In this document: positions 58,699-64,000 of the stretch, piece by piece
How positions within the stretch are numbered: position 1 is the first letter of the stretch
How the letters are laid out: each line of letters begins with the position of its first letter
Assembly: GCA_965203055.1 (NCBI GenBank)
Contig: OZ241863.1
Coordinates: forward strand, 160,001 to 224,000
From: Spirochaetia bacterium
GTDB taxonomy: Bacteria > Spirochaetota > Spirochaetia > SZUA-6 > Bin103
DNA length: 64,000 bases
Direction: 5' to 3'
Notes under the pieces: model-generated
What the model was told of the DNA's origin: nothing
Seen by the model: the letters and a program-made list of their open reading frames with translations, nothing else
The model's database searches: none
Position numbers and translations under genes: made by a program

Positions 58699-60468
58699 TC
58701 ACTCGGTCACGGAGTCGCAGAAGACCATCTCCCAGCCGTGGAACACCACGATCAGGCCGATGAAGCGCACGCCCGGATACTGCCGCGCCAGCCGCTCGTC
58801 GGCCAGATAGCGCCCGAGCTGCTCCTGCGCCTCGCCGGCTGCCGCCGCCACCGCAGCCTGATCCAACGCCTCGGACCGCCGGCGGTACTTGAGCTCGATC
58901 AGGTAGCCGTAGCGCAAGTACGGAAAGGCTGCCACCAGCGGTTCCAGCGCGATGTCGGCGTGACCCTTGCCCAGCTCCGCCTCCGAGCGGAACAGGTAGT
59001 AGTCGGTCACGCTCAGGTAGGCTGCCAGAAATCCCTGGATTACCTTCTCCCCGGCGATGTAGTCCCGAATCCCGGTCTGCCGCGCGATCGCCTCGCTCAG
59101 GAACTCGAACACCGGCCGCCACTCCCCTTCGTCCGCCATCCGCGTCAGCAACTGCTCGAAGCGGAACAGGTTCACTGAAAAGACCTTCACGTCGCGGTAG
59201 CCGTCGCGCAGGAAGCCGTACATGAGCCGCCTCACGGTCTGGTTGGGGATCGCCAGCCGGGGCGTGCCGGACGGCACGCCGGGCGGCGCGCCGCGGATGC
59301 TCAGCAAGCCGAAGAAGTGCAGCAGCGAGAGGAAGTTCTCCGGTTCGGCGAGGCGCTCCAGCGGGAAGCCGGGCTGGATGCGGGCGGCTGCCTGCTCCTC
59401 GCCAATGACGTCCCGCAGCAGATCGAAGTTGCCGTTCAACTGCCGGCCGACCACCAGCAGGTGGCGCAGCTTGCCGTAGTCGATGCGCACGTTGGTGTCG
59501 ATCAGGTACTTGGGTACCCGCCGGTTGGGGATGGAGTGGTCCAGGTAGTAGAGCACCATGTCGGAGTTGTAGAGGTCGGTCGATGCCTCCTCGGAGAAGC
59601 GGTAGCCGTTGTACCACTCGCCCATGATGCCCAGCGCGGTGTCGGCGTCCTGGTTGAACACGCCCAGGTCGCGATACATCTCGACCAGATGCCGCACCTC
59701 GGCCGCGGTGAAGCCGACCATCTCGTTGAAGTCCGGGTGCAGGCTGATGTTCTTGCCGATGTTAAAGCCGCTGGTGACGTCGTCCATGGTGACCGGCGAG
59801 ACGCCGGTGATGAACAGCCGCTCCAGGCCGCCGCCGGCGCGGCCCGCGCCGCCCTTGAGGGCGGCGAAGAAGTTGCGGTAGAAGCCGCCGCCATGGGTGA
59901 ATGAGTGGTACGCCTCGGCGCCGCGGTAGGCCAGCACGGTGTTGGCGAAGTTGTCGTACTCGTCGATCAGCACGTACAGCGGGATGCCGTGGTCGCCCGC
60001 GTACCGGAACAGCTCGGAGAGCCTCGTGGCGATGGACGGCCGGGCGAGGATGTCGCGCACCGCCTCTGCGGGAAACAGGTCGGGATGCCGCCTCAACGTC
60101 CCCCGGAGTTCGATGTGGCAGTAGGTCTCGAATTCCCGCTCCAGGGTTTCGAGCTTGTCGTCGACCATCGAGAAGTCGAAGCGCAGGGTGACGTAGCGGC
60201 TGCGTTCCTCGGTCGGGCTGCGCCCGATGTCGGTGCCGCCGAAGGTGGCGTCGAACTCGCGGCCCCAGAAGCGGTCGTAGTAGAGCTCCAGCAGGGACAC
60301 CCACAGCGACTTGCCGAAGCGCCGCGGGCGGATCAGCAAGGCGTAGCGCTCCTGCTCCAGGCGGCGCAGGAAGCGGGTCTTGTCGACGTACAGCCACCCG
60401 TGCCGGCGGATGCGCATGATGTCGGCCTCGCCGTAGGGGATGCGCGGGTAGGCGGGGAGGGTAGTCAT
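58699..60468 (-). CDS. AAA-ATPase-like protein with C-terminal PD-(D/E)XK nuclease domain
   Basis: YVDKT, RPRRFGKS, LIDEYD, FITGVSP, YNGYRF, IPN; SEAE..GHADI..IELKY. Confidence 0.9.
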   Translation of the reverse strand: MTTLPAYPRIPYGEADIMRIRRHGWLYVDKTRFLRRLEQERYALLIRPRRFGKSLWVSLLELYYDRFWGREFDATFGGTDIGRSPTEERSRYVTLRFDFSMVDDKLETLEREFETYCHIELRGTLRRHPDLFPAEAVRDILARPSIATRLSELFRYAGDHGIPLYVLIDEYDNFANTVLAYRGAEAYHSFTHGGGFYRNFFAALKGGAGRAGGGLERLFITGVSPVTMDDVTSGFNIGKNISLHPDFNEMVGFTAAEVRHLVEMYRDLGVFNQDADTALGIMGEWYNGYRFSEEASTDLYNSDMVLYYLDHSIPNRRVPKYLIDTNVRIDYGKLRHLLVVGRQLNGNFDLLRDVIGEEQAAARIQPGFPLERLAEPENFLSLLHFFGLLSIRGAPPGVPSGTPRLAIPNQTVRRLMYGFLRDGYRDVKVFSVNLFRFEQLLTRMADEGEWRPVFEFLSEAIARQTGIRDYIAGEKVIQGFLAAYLSVTDYYLFRSEAELGKGHADIALEPLVAAFPYLRYGYLIELKYRRRSEALDQAAVAAAAGEAQEQLGRYLADERLARQYPGVRFIGLIVVFHGWEMVFCDSVTE

Positions 60469-60597
60469 TTGCCGCAGCCTGGATAGCGCCGATCCTATCG
60501 GTTCGAGCGCCGTCCGGCAACTTCAGCGGCGCTGCCCCTTGACTCTTGACGGGTTTGGGAACACCGGATCGACGATCTTGCGGAGTTTGGCTTGTAG

Positions 60598-62232
60598 ATG
60601 AGAGAAGGGATCGTGGACCGGGAAGCGCGCCGGTTGGCGCTGCAGCGGGAGTTGGACGCCGGGAAGGACCAGGCGGAGCGGAACCGGATGGGGCAGTTCG
60701 CCACGCCACCGGCGCTGGCAGCGGACCTGCTCCGCTATGCGCACGAGCGTATCGGCAAATCGGGAGCCGTGCGATTCATCGATCCGGCTGTCGGCACCGG
60801 TTCGTTCTATTCGGCGTTGCGCGCCGTGTTCCCGCGCGGCCGTATCGAAGCTGCGGTCGGCTATGAAATCGACCGGCACTACGGAGCGCCGGCGGCGCGA
60901 CTCTGGAACGCGAGCGGTCTGGAAGTCCGCCTGGACGACTTTACGAGGGTCGATCCTCCGCAGGATGCGGAGCGGTTCGATCTGTTGATATGCAACCCGC
61001 CGTACGTCCGGCATCACCATATCCCGAACGCGGAGAAGCAGCGGCTCAAGGCGCAGGCGCGGCAAACAGGGAGCCTGGAGATCAACGGCCTTGCCGGGTT
61101 GTACTGCTACTTCATGGTGCTGAGTCACCCATGGATGGCGCAGGACGCGCTCGCCGGCTGGTTGGTCCCAAGCGAATTCATGGACGTGAACTACGGCTCG
61201 GTCATAAAGCGCTACCTGCTCGACACCGTGACGCTCCGGCACATTCATCGGTTCGATCCGAACGAGGTGCAGTTCGGCGATGCGCTGGTGTCGTCCGCGG
61301 TGGTCTGGTTCAGCAACCGGGCGCCGCACCCGGAACACGCCGTACGGTTCACCTTCGGAGGCTCCCTGGACCGGCCGCGCGTAGATCGTCTGGTGCCGGT
61401 CGCGGCCTTGCGCCGCGCTGCGAAGTGGACTCGGTTTCCGATGGAGGAGCACGAGACGCCGGTCGCTGGCCCGGTGCTCGGCGACTTCTTCGAGATACGG
61501 CGCGGGATAGCAACCGGCGGCAACCGGTTCTTCATCCTGCCGGCGGCGGAGATCGAACGGCGCGGCCTGCCGCCGGAGCTGTTTCGGCCGATCCTGCCGA
61601 GTCCGCGCTACCTTGCCGAAGACGAAGTGCCGGCGGACGACCAGGGGAACCCCCTGCTGGACCGGCGGCTCTTTCTGCTCGACTGCCGGTGGGGCGCGCA
61701 GGAAATCAGGGACCGGTATCCGCGGCTGTGGTCCTATCTCGAGGCGGGGAGAGCGCAAGGTATTACCGAAGGTCACATCTGCCGGCATCGAACGCCATGG
61801 TACGCGCAGGAGAAGCGGGCACCGGCGCCGCTCGTCTGTACCTATATCGGCCGCAGTGACAACCCGCGCCGGAAACCGTTTCGCTTCATCCTCAACCACT
61901 CGCGAGCGACCGCGGCAAACGTCTATCTCATGCTGTATCCGAAAGGACCGATCGCCGGCGTTCTGGAGGACGATCCTGCCGTGAAGCGGGCGGTCTGGGA
62001 GGCGTTGAACGCCATCCGGCCGCAGGCGCTGCTCGGCGAGGGCAGGGTGTACGGCGGCGGCCTCCACAAGCTGGAGCCGAAGGAGCTGGCCAACGTCCCC
62101 GTGCCGGCGCTGGCGACACTGCTGCCGGCCGCGATGCGGTCGCGGGAACCGCAACAAGGCGAGCTGTTCGGACTCCGGCCAGCGCGCGCGAGTTGGAAGA
62201 CAACGGGCGCGCGTGTACACGGGGGGCGCTAA
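60598..62232 (+). CDS. N6-adenine DNA methyltransferase (gamma class, type II-like); no cognate REase adjacent
   Basis: GQFATP, IDPAVGTG motif I, NPPY motif IV, LVPSEF, RRGIATG.N.FF, GRVYGGGLHKLEPKEL. Confidence 0.9.
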   Translation: MREGIVDREARRLALQRELDAGKDQAERNRMGQFATPPALAADLLRYAHERIGKSGAVRFIDPAVGTGSFYSALRAVFPRGRIEAAVGYEIDRHYGAPAARLWNASGLEVRLDDFTRVDPPQDAERFDLLICNPPYVRHHHIPNAEKQRLKAQARQTGSLEINGLAGLYCYFMVLSHPWMAQDALAGWLVPSEFMDVNYGSVIKRYLLDTVTLRHIHRFDPNEVQFGDALVSSAVVWFSNRAPHPEHAVRFTFGGSLDRPRVDRLVPVAALRRAAKWTRFPMEEHETPVAGPVLGDFFEIRRGIATGGNRFFILPAAEIERRGLPPELFRPILPSPRYLAEDEVPADDQGNPLLDRRLFLLDCRWGAQEIRDRYPRLWSYLEAGRAQGITEGHICRHRTPWYAQEKRAPAPLVCTYIGRSDNPRRKPFRFILNHSRATAANVYLMLYPKGPIAGVLEDDPAVKRAVWEALNAIRPQALLGEGRVYGGGLHKLEPKELANVPVPALATLLPAAMRSREPQQGELFGLRPARASWKTTGARVHGGR

Positions 62233-62253
62233 CCGGTTACCCTGGGCGGCGAG

Positions 62254-63411
62254 ATGAGCGATACGACTCTGAGGGCCGGGGTGATCGGCGCCACCGGGCG
62301 CGGCAACTACGGCCACGGATTGGGAGATGCCTTTACCGCCCTCGCCCGCACCCCGGTAGTGGCGGTGGCGGACGCGGACCAGGCCGGGGGCGCCGCCGCG
62401 GCGCGCAGCTTCGGCACCGACACCCACTACCTCGACTTCCGGGAGATGCTGGCGCGGGAGCGCCTCGACGTGGTGGCGATCTGCCCGCGGTGGACCGATC
62501 AACGCCGGGACATGGTGGTGGCCGCGGCCGAAGCGGGCGTCAAGGGCATCTTCTGCGAGAAGCCGTTCGCCCCCACTCTGGCCGACGCCGACGCCATGCT
62601 GGACGCCTGCGACCGCCATGGCGCGCGCATGGTGGTGGCGCACCGGCGCGCCGCGGCGCATGAACAGCGCCTCAAGCAGATGGTCGATTCCGGGGAGATC
62701 GGCGAAATCCAGGTGCTGCGCGGACATGGCAAGGGCGATCACCGCGCCGGCTCCCTGGATCTGATCATCCTCGGCACCCACATCCTGGACGGCATGCGCT
62801 ACGTCGCGGGCAGTGACGTGGCATGGGCGCACGGCCACGTCACGCAGGATGGGCGCGCCATCACCAGGGAGGACATCAAAGAAGGCGACGAGGGCGTCGG
62901 GCTGTTGGCCGGCAACCGCGTCGCGGCCTACTACGTGTTCGAGAACGGCCTCACCGCCCACTACGAGTCGTTCCAGGGCTACCCCGCGGACCCGCACGAT
63001 CACAACCGCCACCTCGGCTTCGAGGTGTACGGCACCAAGGGCATCGTCTCGGTGCGCAACTCGCCCGGCGGCGAGCTGTACCTGCATCGCTACGACCTGT
63101 GGATCCCGGACAGCGGCGCCCGGCCATGGGAGCGGATTCACATTCCCGAATGGGAGCGGCAGGAGGACATCGCTCTGGCGAGCAACCTGATCATCGTCCG
63201 CGAGCTGCTGGCCGCCATCGACGAGGACCGCGACGTCCGGGAAGTCTCCTCGGGCGCCGATTCACGCGCCGCCATGGAAATGATCATGGCGGTGCACGAA
63301 TCCAACCGCCTTGGCACCCGGGTGCCCTTTCCCCTGGTAAATCGCGCCAACCCCTACGCCGTCTGGCTGGCCGAGGAGTCGGCCAAGCCGGCGCAACACT
63401 CGACGGCATGA
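62254..63411 (+). CDS. Gfo/Idh/MocA family oxidoreductase
   Basis: GVIGATGRG, FREML, CEKP, GTHILD, GTKG. Confidence 0.9.
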   Translation: MSDTTLRAGVIGATGRGNYGHGLGDAFTALARTPVVAVADADQAGGAAAARSFGTDTHYLDFREMLARERLDVVAICPRWTDQRRDMVVAAAEAGVKGIFCEKPFAPTLADADAMLDACDRHGARMVVAHRRAAAHEQRLKQMVDSGEIGEIQVLRGHGKGDHRAGSLDLIILGTHILDGMRYVAGSDVAWAHGHVTQDGRAITREDIKEGDEGVGLLAGNRVAAYYVFENGLTAHYESFQGYPADPHDHNRHLGFEVYGTKGIVSVRNSPGGELYLHRYDLWIPDSGARPWERIHIPEWERQEDIALASNLIIVRELLAAIDEDRDVREVSSGADSRAAMEMIMAVHESNRLGTRVPFPLVNRANPYAVWLAEESAKPAQHSTA

Positions 63412-63428
63412 GCCGCGGAGGACACCCC

Positions 63429-64000
63429 ATGGACACCGCCACCCAGTGGATTCGCCGAACGTGCGCGGCCGCGGCGCTCGCGGCCCTGCTCCTGGTCGCC
63501 GGCACCGGCGTTGCGGAGCCGGTGGAATTGACCATCGTCCACTTCAACGACCTGGACCGAATGGACGAGAGCGGCGGCCAGGGAGGGGTAGCCCGCCTGG
63601 CCGCGGTAATCGCCGCCGAACGGGCCGCCCGGAGCAACGTCCTGGTTACCTTTGCCGGCGACGCCATCTCGCCCTCCCTGCTGTCCGGCTTCGATCAGGG
63701 CGCGCACATGATCGAACTGCTCAATCGCCTCGACCTGACCGCAATGGCAATCGGCAATCACGAGTACGACTTCGGCCCCGAGGTCGCCAAGCAGCGTTTC
63801 GCCGAAGCGCAGTTCCCGATTCTGGGCGCCAACAACATCGACGCCGACGGCGAGATCATCGACGGCGCGCGCGCCTCGATGCTGGCGGCGGCCGGCCCCT
63901 ACCAGGTCGGCATCTTCGGTCTCACCACGCTCAGTACCGCGGTCAAGTCCAGTCCCGGCGCGGTCACCTTCCGGCCGGTCACGGAGGTGGCGGCCGAACA
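63429..64000 (+). CDS. Secreted 5'-nucleotidase/metallophosphoesterase, 3'-truncated by window edge
   Basis: Manual translation: signal peptide, TIVHFND, GGVARLA, AGDAISPS, GNHEYDFG, FPILGAN. Confidence 0.88.
   Translation, partial: MDTATQWIRRTCAAAALAALLLVAGTGVAEPVELTIVHFNDLDRMDESGGQGGVARLAAVIAAERAARSNVLVTFAGDAISPSLLSGFDQGAHMIELLNRLDLTAMAIGNHEYDFGPEVAKQRFAEAQFPILGANNIDADGEIIDGARASMLAAAGPYQVGIFGLTTLSTAVKSSPGAVTFRPVTEVAAE

Noticed and set aside
60598..62232. Assigning a recognition sequence to the MTase
   Set aside because: Cannot be supported without REBASE comparison or methylome data

Overview
This is a high-GC bacterial chromosome segment. Several protein types (family-5 solute-binding protein with an 'FAGG' signal, Wzz with 'SLVLPEERNPLPNVY', FN3 lipoproteins, DUF4338-ISAs1) suggest a Spirochaetota-like host-associated organism; this is inference only. 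From left to right: partial acs and a His-motif membrane protein; a DUF4338-fused ISAs1 transposase; a MoaD-MoeB-rhodanese fusion divergent from a YbdK-type ligase; and an AAA_14/DUF4143 ATPase. Next is a pyrimidine cluster (pyrR-pyrB-pyrC-carA ... carB-pyrK) split by a ~33.7 kb mosaic surface-glycosylation island. The island holds Wzx/Wzy/Wzz, GT2/GT4, a Gnu-like epimerase, three GT-C paralogs carrying a repeated unnamed C-terminal domain, a DPM-like GT2, a flippase-like protein, a FemAB-like GNAT, deacetylases, a sulfatase, FN3-repeat lipoproteins, a beta-barrel OMP and an embedded AlbA_2-HATPase/ParA pair. A PyrR-binding hairpin covers the pyrR RBS. Then come stress genes (Prx6, MsrA, an alternative sigma-70), a decaying defence/mobile patch (frameshifted HNH with flanking repeats, an R-M relic, AAA-PD-(D/E)XK, an orphan adenine MTase), a Gfo/Idh/MocA oxidoreductase and a partial 5'-nucleotidase. 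The best candidate for an undescribed system is a polyprenol-P-sugar/GT-C glycosylation machinery co-encoded with ten WxxW-bearing FN3 domains. No rRNA, tRNA or CRISPR array was seen. All family assignments come from motif recognition, not database searches.
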